Shown here: one piece after another, positions 42,888-52,168 of the stretch | Position numbering within the stretch: the stretch's first letter is position 1 | Layout: the number at the start of each line of letters is the position of its first letter | Notes under the pieces: generated by a model | Seen by the model: the letters and a program-made list of their open reading frames with translations, nothing else | Told to the model about the DNA's origin: nothing | Databases searched by the model: none | Position numbers and translations under genes: made by a program | Source: Patescibacteria group bacterium | Lineage (GTDB): Bacteria; Patescibacteriota; Minisyncoccia; RBG-13-40-8-A | Direction: 5' to 3' | DNA: 56,442 nucleotides | NCBI GenBank assembly: GCA_018897295.1 | Contig: JAHILA010000018.1 | Span: 1 to 56,442 of the forward strand

Positions 42888-43763
42888 TTACTGCTGGAGA
42901 AAACCAGACGCCGAACCATAGCGGGCATTAGTGAGGCCCACCCAACGCGTGCCGAACAAGACCCCGCCAACGCGGAAGCGGAAGCACGGCGCGTCGTGGA
43001 AATCGCCAGCAGCATCAGGCGCATACTCGTTGCCAGCGCAGTCGATCCATAGGTCGTCATAAGAGACGAACCGTTCAGGATGTGTCAGAAGCATGCAACC
43101 TGCCTTGAATGCGCCGAGTCCGAACTCGTTGGCCATAAAGACCTCGTGAGTCCGACGAACGGAGCGACCCCGATGGCGAAAACCGAACTGAGCGGCGACG
43201 ACCAGAATGTCGAAGCCCGTCTGTTGGTCACCCAACATCTGGAGCTTCTTGGCCGTGCGCTCGTGCTGGCGGAGATACGTCTCTCCGATTTCGCCTCCGC
43301 GGTAGTTGTAGAAGTTGCCCTTGCGCTGCCTCTTGATCAGGTCGAGCACCTTCTGAACCGCCTCGTTGTAGGTCTTGGCAACCGACTGCCAACGCGGGAT
43401 GGCGAACCATCCTTCGGCGCCATCGGGGAGCTCAGACAAGCTCTTGGCGAACTCGAGGGTCTGACTCGGGTTGAGATTGAAAATCTTGGCGATTGCCTTG
43501 ATCTGATCCGCGATCGGCTTTGGCCCCTTGTACTCCTTCGGGTACGTGCGGTTGGAACAAACTTCCTCGTCGGCGAACTGGTTGGACGCGGACAGCTCAG
43601 TGATGAGCTTCGCGATCCCGTCCTGCAGTTCACCACCGCGCTCGTTGAGTCGCTGTGCGCGCGCATCGTCGAGCTTGGACTTGTTGTAGACGGCCTCGAA
43701 GAGACCGACTGCGTGGAGACCTTTCGGGTCTCGGCTGGTGATCAATGTTTTTAACATCGTCAT
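42888..43763 (-). CDS. DGR target (variable) protein 2, GC-rich paralog of 33754-34620
   Basis: 291 aa. C-terminal half is highly similar to target 1 (AEGWFAIPRWQSVAKTYNEAVQKVLDLIK...FDILVVA.QFG.RHRGRSVRR). Ends GDFHDAPCFRFRVGGVLFGTRWVGLTNARYGSASGFLQQ. Confidence 0.85.
   Translation of the reverse strand: MTMLKTLITSRDPKGLHAVGLFEAVYNKSKLDDARAQRLNERGGELQDGIAKLITELSASNQFADEEVCSNRTYPKEYKGPKPIADQIKAIAKIFNLNPSQTLEFAKSLSELPDGAEGWFAIPRWQSVAKTYNEAVQKVLDLIKRQRKGNFYNYRGGEIGETYLRQHERTAKKLQMLGDQQTGFDILVVAAQFGFRHRGRSVRRTHEVFMANEFGLGAFKAGCMLLTHPERFVSYDDLWIDCAGNEYAPDAAGDFHDAPCFRFRVGGVLFGTRWVGLTNARYGSASGFLQQ
42894..43019 (-). repeat. DGR variable repeat 2 (VR2), remote
   Basis: Gap-free 126-nt alignment to TR. 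By my count there are 26 mismatches: 21 at TR adenines and 5 non-adenine differences clustered in the 5' (coding-sense) third. Confidence 0.8.
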
Positions 43764-43843
43764 CCTCCTTTTTTCCGCTTGGGTTTAATTTAGGATTACT
43801 CCTATCCAGCGGAATATATGAATAAAAATCCTTGTTTATTTGT

Positions 43844-43872
43844 ATTTTAGGGTACTATCTACAACATAGCAC
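43844..43872 (-). promoter_or_regulatory. putative promoter of target gene 2 (GTGCTA-17-TAAAAT)
   Basis: Lies in a conserved leader: cggaatatat.aataaaaa..cttgtt...ttgtattttagggtact is shared with locus 1. Confidence 0.45.
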
Positions 43873-43901
43873 TTATCTTTCTTTGTGTCAAGCCAGAAAT
43901 A

Positions 43902-45605
43902 TTATTTCAACATCTCCAACATTTTCTCTACTGGCCAGGCATTGATAACGTCTTTTTTCTCCAGCCATCCCCTGCGCGCTTGGGCAATGCCTAATTCCAA
44001 ATACTGAAAATGCGAAATATTGTGCGCATCAGAATCAATCGCAATCTTCACTCCGGCATTTTTCGCTATCCTCGCATATTCATCTTTTAAATCCAATCTA
44101 TTATAATAAGCATCAATTTCTAAAACTGTTTTTGTTTCTTTTGCTGCGCGAATAATTTTTCCAATATCCATTTCACGCGGTGGCCTTATGCCTATCAATC
44201 GGCCAGTGGGATGGAAAATTATATCTACGTTCGGGTTTTTCATTACTTTAATATATATTTCAGTCATTTGTTCTTTGGTCATCTTAGCGTGAGTATGGAT
44301 TGCTGCGCCAACAACATCAAGTTTTTCCAGAATTTCATCTCGCATAAATAATTTCCCATTATTTAAAATTTCTACTTCTCCGCCTTTTAATATCCTGAAT
44401 TTAATCCCACGTTTTTTATAATTTGCATTAAGCTTGTCTATTTCTTCCCATTGCTTTAATAAATCCTTCTCGTTAATCAGATTACCAAGCGTCCCGCGCA
44501 GATGGTCTGTAATCGCGATATACTCCAATCCCATTGCCATTGCCTTTTTTGCCATTTCTTCAATCGTATTTTGCCCATCGCTCCATTTAGAGTGCATTTG
44601 CAAATCGCCTTTGAGGTCTTGGTAACCGATTAATTTGGGCAGTTTATTTTGTTGACTGGCTTCAATTTCACCAGCATTCTCTCTTAATTCCGGCGGAATC
44701 CATTGCAGTCCCAGAGTTTCATAGACCTCTTCTTCCTTGGAAAACCCGTATTCATTTAATTTTAATCCTTTTTTAATAGCAATTTTTCTTAATTCAATAT
44801 TATGATTCTTGCTTCCGGTAAAATATTGGGCTGCAGCGCCAAAGCTTTCTTCTGCAACTACTCTTAAATCAAAATTTATGTGATTCCTCAATTTTACGGA
44901 TGATTTTGTATTACCATGGCTGTAAATATGCGCCACTTCCGGCATATTAATAAAGTAATTTATCACGTCCTTTGCGATTTTATCCGATGATACTGCTACC
45001 AATATATCTGCGTCGCCGACATCTTCTTTCATTCTTCTTATTGAACCACACAATAATACTTTTTTGACTCCGGACAGTTTTTCAATCCTTTCTTCTATTT
45101 TTCTTAAATCATATAAAACATAACCCAAAGGAAATCTGCTATTAGAGTTTTTCAAAAATCGGATGGACATTGACATATTTTCCTCGCTTTTCTGGCCGAA
45201 TCCTTCAATTTTCCTGATTTTTTTGTCTTTTATTGCTTTTTCCAAATCTTTTATATCTCTAATATTCAATTCTTTGTATAATTTTAATACGCTCTTCGGA
45301 CCAATGCCTTGAACTGCGGTTAATTCTTCAAGATTGACTGGAATCTTTTTTTTCAGTGTTTCATATTCTTTTATTTTTCCGGTTTTTATGTATTCCTCGA
45401 TTTTTTGGGCAATGCCGAATCCCACAGCCGGAATATTCTCCAGCGCCTTTATCCCGCCTGCCTTATAAATATCAAAAACACTTTCATCAAGTGCTTCAAT
45501 ACTCGTTGCCGCCTTTTCATAGGCGCGCGGCTTAAAAGAAATATCATCCATTGCCAGATATTCGGAAATATTATTTAAGATGTGAGCTATATCCCTGTTA
45601 ATCAT
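43902..45605 (-). CDS. polX: family X DNA polymerase with C-terminal PHP domain (PolX)
   Basis: 567 aa. N-terminal HhH region (FKPRAYEKAA), GSIRRMKEDVGDADILV nucleotidyltransferase motif, C-terminal PHP His-rich motifs. Confidence 0.85.
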   Translation of the reverse strand: MINRDIAHILNNISEYLAMDDISFKPRAYEKAATSIEALDESVFDIYKAGGIKALENIPAVGFGIAQKIEEYIKTGKIKEYETLKKKIPVNLEELTAVQGIGPKSVLKLYKELNIRDIKDLEKAIKDKKIRKIEGFGQKSEENMSMSIRFLKNSNSRFPLGYVLYDLRKIEERIEKLSGVKKVLLCGSIRRMKEDVGDADILVAVSSDKIAKDVINYFINMPEVAHIYSHGNTKSSVKLRNHINFDLRVVAEESFGAAAQYFTGSKNHNIELRKIAIKKGLKLNEYGFSKEEEVYETLGLQWIPPELRENAGEIEASQQNKLPKLIGYQDLKGDLQMHSKWSDGQNTIEEMAKKAMAMGLEYIAITDHLRGTLGNLINEKDLLKQWEEIDKLNANYKKRGIKFRILKGGEVEILNNGKLFMRDEILEKLDVVGAAIHTHAKMTKEQMTEIYIKVMKNPNVDIIFHPTGRLIGIRPPREMDIGKIIRAAKETKTVLEIDAYYNRLDLKDEYARIAKNAGVKIAIDSDAHNISHFQYLELGIAQARRGWLEKKDVINAWPVEKMLEMLK

Positions 45606-45798
45606 TTTCGATTACTTCATTCAACTCTTTAATAAACTCATCAACATCAATGCCGTGAACTTTTGCTCCGGACTCAATATCCTCATAATTCGCTGCTGCG
45701 CAACCTAAGCAATGGAATCCATGTTTCATAAAAATAGCAATTATTTTTGGATGCTTCTGCAACGCCTCGTCAATTTTCATTTCTTTGGTTATTTCCAC
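45598..45798 (-). CDS. DUF1858-type small redox/disulfide domain protein
   Basis: 66 aa. ...F.KHGFHCLGCAAA..E.IE.GAKVHGID... Confidence 0.6.
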   Translation of the reverse strand: MEITKEMKIDEALQKHPKIIAIFMKHGFHCLGCAAANYEDIESGAKVHGIDVDEFIKELNEVIEND

Positions 45799-46497
45799 TT
45801 AATTAATATTTTTATCTTTACGATGAAATGATTTTGTTATTATTTCTCCGATCTTGCTTAAAAAAGGCGATTTGTGATTTTCCAAATCCTTTACAAATTG
45901 GGTTCTGGCAAGATATCTCATCCAGGCGATAAAGGAAAACGAAACCAGAATTATCAAGATAATTATAACAACAATCAGGCCAAATGTAATGCCTGTGGTA
46001 ACTCTACTTAATGATTGAAGTCCGACTCCAAAGCCATAGCCCAAGCTAACCATTATTAGAACCCAGACAATTGTTGCAATAAAACTCGCGCTTAAAAACT
46101 TTTTCAAATTCATTTTTAGGCTTCCGGCAATCATAAATGTAAACATACTTATGCCATAAGTAATTCTGGTTAAAAAAATAGTTTTAGTGCTATGTTTTTG
46201 GAAATACAATTCCAATTTATCTATTACCTTGCTGCCGAATTTCCTGCGCTTCATAAATTTCTCAACAATTACATTTCCGCCAATACGTCCGATCAAATAC
46301 CAGCCGATTCCATTAAGAAAATATCCGCCGATCAGGACCGCTGCCAATGCCCAAAAATCAAAAAAGCCGAGCCGGAAAAGCACGCCACTCAAAATCATGA
46401 TAAAATTGCCTTCAAGTATGGCGCCTAATAAGGCAAAGATATAACGATGTTCGTATAAAAGCCTTAATACTGAATTATTGATTACTTCTATATCCAT
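45799..46497 (-). CDS. DedA/VTT-domain family membrane protein
   Basis: Start moved to MDIEVINNSV... (ATG at 46497). The track's longer ORF (to 46605) overlaps the upstream gene and crosses its terminator palindrome. Confidence 0.7.
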   Translation of the reverse strand: MDIEVINNSVLRLLYEHRYIFALLGAILEGNFIMILSGVLFRLGFFDFWALAAVLIGGYFLNGIGWYLIGRIGGNVIVEKFMKRRKFGSKVIDKLELYFQKHSTKTIFLTRITYGISMFTFMIAGSLKMNLKKFLSASFIATIVWVLIMVSLGYGFGVGLQSLSRVTTGITFGLIVVIIILIILVSFSFIAWMRYLARTQFVKDLENHKSPFLSKIGEIITKSFHRKDKNIN

Positions 46498-46519
46498 AAC
46501 TTGTCCCGCAGCTGCGGGA

Positions 46520-47806
46520 TTAAAATAAAACTTCTTGCCCTCCATTGGTCTTCGGCCTCTGTTCTGTTTCGCCGAAAACGCTGATTTTACCGAATTCCCC
46601 GTCATATCCCGGCTGGATTGAAATTTTCCCCTGCCTGACTTTTTCTATGCCTTCGGCAATTTCCGGAGAACTTGCTCCTGTGAGTTCTCCTTTTCTCACG
46701 TTAAGCAAAATATTAAATTCATTGCCAAAAACCCTAATCAAATTTTTATAATGCGCTTCCACGCCTTTAGTGCCGACTCCCAAACCTATAACATCAGCGA
46801 TTATTTCTTCCAAAGGAATTAATTTTTGAAAAGGGATCGCATTTGCCGGTTTCGTGTCGTCTTTCCTGTCGGCTAATTGGCAAACTCTATTCATTACGCC
46901 AATAGTCATCATTTTTCCGCAAACCGGGCAGAGATTATTGTATTTCAGCGATTCTTCAGGAGAAAGCACAACTCCGCAATCCCGATGCCCATCCCAATGG
47001 TATTTCCCTTCTTCGGGAAAAAATTCAAGAGTTCTGACAAGTTTCAATTCGTCGGACTTTCTTTTTATTGCCTCAGTAATTAAATTATAGCTTATTTTCT
47101 CTCCTTCGAAAATATTCGCCTCGCGGCCGATTTTATGTGGTGAATGCGCATCGGAATTGGAAATTAAAGTGATATTATCCAATTTTGACCAGCGCCAATT
47201 CATTTCCGGGTCACTGGACAAACCAGTTTCAATCGCATAAATATATTTAGAATACTCCTCAAAACACTCTTCAATTGAATCAAATCCCGAAAAATGACCA
47301 AAAATAGAAAACCAGGGAGTCCAGGCATGAGCCGGAATTACCATGCAATCCGGAGAAATACCTAAAACAATTTTTGCCAGTTCTTTCGCATCCAAACCCA
47401 GAATCGGCCTCCCGTCTGATTTCAAATTTCCAATCCAGCCCAAATGAGTATTGATTTTTTCTACAACTTCAAATGACGGAGCAAAAATAATATTATGAAT
47501 TTTTCTGGTTTTGCCGTTTTTTGAATAAATGCTGGAAATTTCCGTGGTCAAAATAAATCTGGTCTCATTATGATTATTGCCATTATGATTATTGCCGTTT
47601 GAAGGTTTTAATTTGAAAAGCCCATCCTCTGCAGGTATTAATCTTTCTTTTAATCCCCTGAACCACAAAGGATGGGTAAAATCGCCGGTTCCTAAAACAT
47701 CAACGCCTTTTATTTTCGCCCATTTGCCGAAATTATCAATATCAGCCTGTTTTGAGGTTGCTCTGGAATATTTTGAATGTGTATGAAAATCACAAATATA
47801 CTGCAT
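46520..47806 (-). CDS. endonuclease Q family protein (PHP domain + zinc finger)
   Basis: 428 aa. CDFHTHSKYSRATS, VLGTGDFTHP, IPAHAWTPWFS, SNSDAHSP.KIGREAN, CPVCG, PGYDGEFG. Collinear with archaeal EndoQ as I recall it. Confidence 0.75.
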   Translation of the reverse strand: MQYICDFHTHSKYSRATSKQADIDNFGKWAKIKGVDVLGTGDFTHPLWFRGLKERLIPAEDGLFKLKPSNGNNHNGNNHNETRFILTTEISSIYSKNGKTRKIHNIIFAPSFEVVEKINTHLGWIGNLKSDGRPILGLDAKELAKIVLGISPDCMVIPAHAWTPWFSIFGHFSGFDSIEECFEEYSKYIYAIETGLSSDPEMNWRWSKLDNITLISNSDAHSPHKIGREANIFEGEKISYNLITEAIKRKSDELKLVRTLEFFPEEGKYHWDGHRDCGVVLSPEESLKYNNLCPVCGKMMTIGVMNRVCQLADRKDDTKPANAIPFQKLIPLEEIIADVIGLGVGTKGVEAHYKNLIRVFGNEFNILLNVRKGELTGASSPEIAEGIEKVRQGKISIQPGYDGEFGKISVFGETEQRPKTNGGQEVLF

Positions 47807-47807
47807 A

Positions 47808-49109
47808 TTATTCTTTTTGCGTTAATGCCAGCGCCAGCCAGAACATAATCCCGCCGGACTGCAAAGTCCAAAAATAATGGTCAAGCAAGGCAAGAATTAA
47901 AAAACTTATAGTAAGTAATAAAAAAGCTGACTTCTTTTTAATTTCATCCAATAAAACTATCGCCACAAATCCCAAAAACGCTAATACTCCCAAAATCCCA
48001 ATCTCCGATGCGATTAATAAATAAATATTATGCACTGGCTGATATATCCAACTCGGAACGAGTTGTCCCGAGTCTTGTCGAGGGACATCAATCATTTTGC
48101 TCGCAGCTCTTAGATATGCTGAATAATTCTGCGAGTAATTTACAAAATTTCCAACACCGATTCCAAGAATCGGCTTTTCTTTTATCATTTCAATCGCCAT
48201 TTTATTGTAAAAAATCCTTAAATCAACTGCCTGTTCTCCTAAGGATATGGTAAAAAATCTGGCCTTGATACAAGGAAAGAGGATCATTACTGCCAAAAGG
48301 CATGAGACAATAAATAATAAAAATAATTTTATCAGTTTTTTCCCGTCTATTAATCTTTGTTCTGTATGTTCCAATTTTCTTAATTTAAAAAATTCAAAAA
48401 GGAAAAATATCAGACTCATCACTCCAAAAACCACAATCGCTGTGCGGGAAAAAGTTAAAAACATTGCAAAAACTAGAACTGCGAAACCAATACATCTTAA
48501 AATATTTATTGGTTTTTTCTGCCATATTGCGTAGAACGCGAAAATTGTCATTAGTAAAAAACCTGCCAGAACATTCGGATGCGAAAAACTTCCATAACTG
48601 CGCAAAATTCTGTCCCCATTTAAAATAAAATTCGCCACTCCCGGCGAATCAGGCGAAAAAACTCCTGCTTCAATAAATTTTATATTAATGCTTCCTTGCT
48701 TGATAAACTGCGTAATTGCCAAAATTCCCTGTAAAATACCGGAATAAAATAAAATATGAAGAATTTTTGCTTCTTTTTTATGAAAAATATAAATAAACAA
48801 GATTGCGAACTCCAATAATTTCAGAAATCTGAATGCGCTGATTTTTGTCCCCGAGCTGACAAACACCGAAATAAAAGCAATTAATAAAAATAAAAACAAA
48901 AAAATATTTTTTTTGTTTTTGATGGCTAATTTATGGCTCGGAATTTTATTATTGATAATCCAAAGCACTAAGACCGCAAGAAATATCAGGTCGCCCAGAT
49001 AAATAAAGATAGAATTCCATTCCCCGTTATTATTCAGGAAAATTCTTATCTGAAAAGGAATTAAAAAAAGAAAAAGGTAGAATAAAAGTTTTTCAATCTT
49101 CAACAACAT
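47808..49109 (-). CDS. O-antigen ligase/Wzy-like polytopic membrane protein
   Basis: 433 aa, about 10-12 TM helices, with the SRTA..V motif region typical of the Wzy_C family. Confidence 0.6.
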   Translation of the reverse strand: MLLKIEKLLFYLFLFLIPFQIRIFLNNNGEWNSIFIYLGDLIFLAVLVLWIINNKIPSHKLAIKNKKNIFLFLFLLIAFISVFVSSGTKISAFRFLKLLEFAILFIYIFHKKEAKILHILFYSGILQGILAITQFIKQGSINIKFIEAGVFSPDSPGVANFILNGDRILRSYGSFSHPNVLAGFLLMTIFAFYAIWQKKPINILRCIGFAVLVFAMFLTFSRTAIVVFGVMSLIFFLFEFFKLRKLEHTEQRLIDGKKLIKLFLLFIVSCLLAVMILFPCIKARFFTISLGEQAVDLRIFYNKMAIEMIKEKPILGIGVGNFVNYSQNYSAYLRAASKMIDVPRQDSGQLVPSWIYQPVHNIYLLIASEIGILGVLAFLGFVAIVLLDEIKKKSAFLLLTISFLILALLDHYFWTLQSGGIMFWLALALTQKE

Positions 49110-49423
49110 ATTTTTATTCTACCACAATAAAATTATGGGGTATAACTAATCTCCTTTATATCCACACTCGCGCTGCCAACCAGTTCAATCGGCGGAACGC
49201 CAGTGCCATAATACATAAATACCCCAGTATGAAATTTTACAAAATAATTTCGAGCGAGGCGCTTCGCCCATAAAGGTTGGGGTCTATTCAACCCACGCAC
49301 CTCGTAAAAGGTTACATGATTTTGCTAATGTAAAGTTTAGAAACCATCTCATGGTAAAATTTATACGGGGCAGGCGTGATCAAATACCGAACCAGCGATA
49401 GACGATTTTAATAATTTAAAATT

Positions 49424-50575
49424 CTATTTAGTTACAAATCTTTGTAATGGTTTGTCTCTAAAAAAATTGTCTAATATTGATTCTGCCAATGCGATTGATA
49501 GAAGGGTCGGTACGGCATTCCCAATTTGCAAATTCCTATCACTTCTCGATCCATAAAACTTATAGTCGTCGGGGAAACATTGAATCCTTGCACCTTCTCT
49601 CGTTGTTAGTGGCCTTGGTGCTTTCGGATGAATACATCTTGATGATGAGGGAGTACTTAAATTTCTGGTTATAGTCGTTGATGGTCTTTTCCACCAAAGA
49701 CGGCAATAAGTATTTTTGAAACCTGATGTTGGGCGCAAGTTTTCCGGTAAATCCTCTGGCGTTCCGCCGTCTGGCAATAATTCCATTATTTTTACCAATT
49801 TTGGATTATTGTTTGGCGAATTATGATCCATTAATTTTGTTGGTGCATTTTTACGCATAAACTTTTGAAAATCATTTTGTGGCTCGGAAGAATACTCAAA
49901 GCTTTCTTCGCTTGATTTAATAAATGGTAAATCACTTATTGCTTCTTCAAGCGTTAAATATGGTTTGAGTTCTTTATTGAATAGGTCGGGCGTTTCTTCC
50001 GGATTGTAATGTGTAGGTTCTGGATATTGAAAATTAGTTTCAAGTTTTGAACCAATAATAACAACCCTTTCTCTGATTTGTGGCGCGCCATAATCGGCGG
50101 CATTCAAAAGTTTATATTGCACCTTATATCCAAGCGATTCAAAAAGTGAAATGATTGTTTTTAATAATTCGCCGCCTTGCATTGATAAAAGCCCTTTTAC
50201 ATTCTCAAAAAGAAAAAGTTTAGGATTAAATTCTTTTAGAACCCGATAATATTCTTGAAAAAGTTTTCCTCTTGGGTCATCAATCAATCTTTTTCCAACA
50301 GTTGAATATGCCTGACAAGGCGGTCCACCAACGATAATGTCAATCTCGTTCGCTTTGATATTCAAATCTTTTTCAATTTTTTGTGCATTAAAATCTTTTA
50401 TATCTTCGACATAGACTTTTGCCGTCTGATGATTCAGAGAGTATGCTTTTGCCATATTTGGTAAAATTTCGTTTGCTGCCACTATTTCAAAATTATCATC
50501 ATGAGCAAAGCCATAACTTAAACCACCAACACCAGAGAATAAATCAATAACTTTTAATTTCTTTTTCTTAATCAT
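49424..50575 (-). CDS. DNA (cytosine-5)-methyltransferase
   Basis: 383 aa. Motif I DLFSGVGGLS, motif IV GGPPCQAYS, motif VI ENVKGL, motif X QIGNAVP. Confidence 0.9.
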   Translation of the reverse strand: MIKKKKLKVIDLFSGVGGLSYGFAHDDNFEIVAANEILPNMAKAYSLNHQTAKVYVEDIKDFNAQKIEKDLNIKANEIDIIVGGPPCQAYSTVGKRLIDDPRGKLFQEYYRVLKEFNPKLFLFENVKGLLSMQGGELLKTIISLFESLGYKVQYKLLNAADYGAPQIRERVVIIGSKLETNFQYPEPTHYNPEETPDLFNKELKPYLTLEEAISDLPFIKSSEESFEYSSEPQNDFQKFMRKNAPTKLMDHNSPNNNPKLVKIMELLPDGGTPEDLPENLRPTSGFKNTYCRLWWKRPSTTITRNLSTPSSSRCIHPKAPRPLTTREGARIQCFPDDYKFYGSRSDRNLQIGNAVPTLLSIALAESILDNFFRDKPLQRFVTK

Positions 50576-50583
50576 AAAAAATC

Positions 50584-51375
50584 CTAATCAAACTTCATAT
50601 CCTTATATTCAATGGGCGGTTCTGTAATTTTCCAAACGAAATGATTCTGATCTATATTAAAAACCATTTGCCCTTCCATTTGCGGTCTTGTAATCCAATT
50701 TACACTATCATCTTCAATTTCATCCAACTTAATAAAGGCAACTTGACCATTATATAAATCAAAATGGATAGCCAATGTATGTTTTCCCGAATCATTAAAA
50801 ACTTTTTTCGCCTCTATAACTTTGTGTTGTTTTATATCATTTGTACCAGTAAACCCAGACTGCATTTCTATAATTACTTTCTCTTCTTTATTTAATGTTA
50901 TTTCCAGGTCAGCTTTTGCTGTTCTTTTAAATGTTTTAATATTTCGTAAATCGTCCTCACCAATCGAGCTAATTGCTGATACATCAACACCGAATATTAT
51001 ACTTATTGCTTTTGAAAAATAATTAGAGATAATATATCCCTGTATCCATGAAAAATATACTTGTTCAGGTCTTCGTCTTTGATTATTAAGTTTTGGTAAT
51101 ATATTTCCCTTTTTCAATATGTTAAAGACACGGTCAATATTCTGCTTTTTGAAAGATTTTAGATTATCAATTTTGATTTCATCCACAACGACTTTATTCA
51201 GTCTATCCACAATTTCGTAAAGCCTTTTATTCAAAAGGTCAATGTAATTAAAATCAACTGTTGGTGTAATGTCTTTTGCGCCAAAAAAGTTTTTAACATT
51301 CGCTTGATTAGAGAATCCCAATTTTTGTCTATATTGTCTAAAATATTCAGCCGTGATTATAATTTGCCTTGTCAT
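50584..51375 (-). CDS. putative Type II restriction endonuclease partner of the m5C methyltransferase
   Basis: 263 aa, 8 nt upstream of and co-oriented with the MTase. Possible PD-(D/E)xK-like segment KADLEI...VIIEMQSG. Called by position only. Confidence 0.45.
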   Translation of the reverse strand: MTRQIIITAEYFRQYRQKLGFSNQANVKNFFGAKDITPTVDFNYIDLLNKRLYEIVDRLNKVVVDEIKIDNLKSFKKQNIDRVFNILKKGNILPKLNNQRRRPEQVYFSWIQGYIISNYFSKAISIIFGVDVSAISSIGEDDLRNIKTFKRTAKADLEITLNKEEKVIIEMQSGFTGTNDIKQHKVIEAKKVFNDSGKHTLAIHFDLYNGQVAFIKLDEIEDDSVNWITRPQMEGQMVFNIDQNHFVWKITEPPIEYKDMKFD

Positions 51376-52168
51376 GTTTTTATTCCGTTAAATGCTTATT
51401 TTTATGATTTATATTCTCCATTCTATTCTTTATTATACCTCTTTCCCTCTATTTTTTCCAGCCCCAAACAAAAAAATCTCACTATTGAGATTTTTTCAAG
51501 TTTATTTACTGGATGGGGCAAAGAAGATTTTTCGATTGCCGGGCTTCCTTGCCCCTCCTCGCTCCAGCAAATTTGAAACACTTCCCGACACTCCTATTAT
51601 ATGCCCTATATCGAACATTGACAAGAGATTTTTGAAAGCAACTCTCCCTTGTTGACAAGTATGAAGCTAAAAATTAAAAATAATAAAATGTCATTTATAA
51701 CTCCCGATATAATAATAGAATACGCCCAAAACATTCAGCTCTTAATAAAACAGGGCATTATAACGAAAGAAGAGATTAGAAAAATATTGGGATTAGAAGA
51801 AACTAAACCCCAGAATCCCGACGAGGCGCAAATATCTCCGCCTTGGATTGTCCAGATTTACTTTCTGTGATAGCTTCTTTAATTACCTCAAGACATTCTT
51901 TTAATATCGCAGGTGATTTGTCTTTGGCGTTCCCACCTTGAAGATATGCGATTATTAATTTTTCTTCAATAGAATTTATCATAATATTTTATAGTCTTAA
52001 ATATTTATTAAACCGACCTTTGACAACATTGTATCTCGTTCTAATTTTATCAACCGAAAAGCCCATCGTCAAACAGGTTTTTGCTGAAAATTAAAAAACT
52101 CTCGAAAGAGAGTTTTGAAAATTAGACACTTGTGTTATAATGGAATTATAATAATTAATAAAAGAAAT

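Noticed and set aside
42803-43754. ORFs 42803-43060 -, 42834-43052 +, 43080-43754 +, 43228-43410 -, 43337-43666 -
   Set aside because: The same GC-driven shadow ORFs, here in target cassette 2.
46498-46605. N-terminal 36-aa extension of the DedA ORF (start at 46605)
   Set aside because: It overlaps the 3' end of the endonuclease Q gene and reads through the tcccgcagctgcggga palindrome. The internal Met at 46497 gives a typical DedA N-terminus.
51649-51982. Overlapping small ORFs (73 aa on +, 59 aa on minus) as a toxin-antitoxin pair
   Set aside because: There are no recognisable TA family motifs. The two ORFs overlap antisense, so at most one is real, and the evidence is insufficient to call either.
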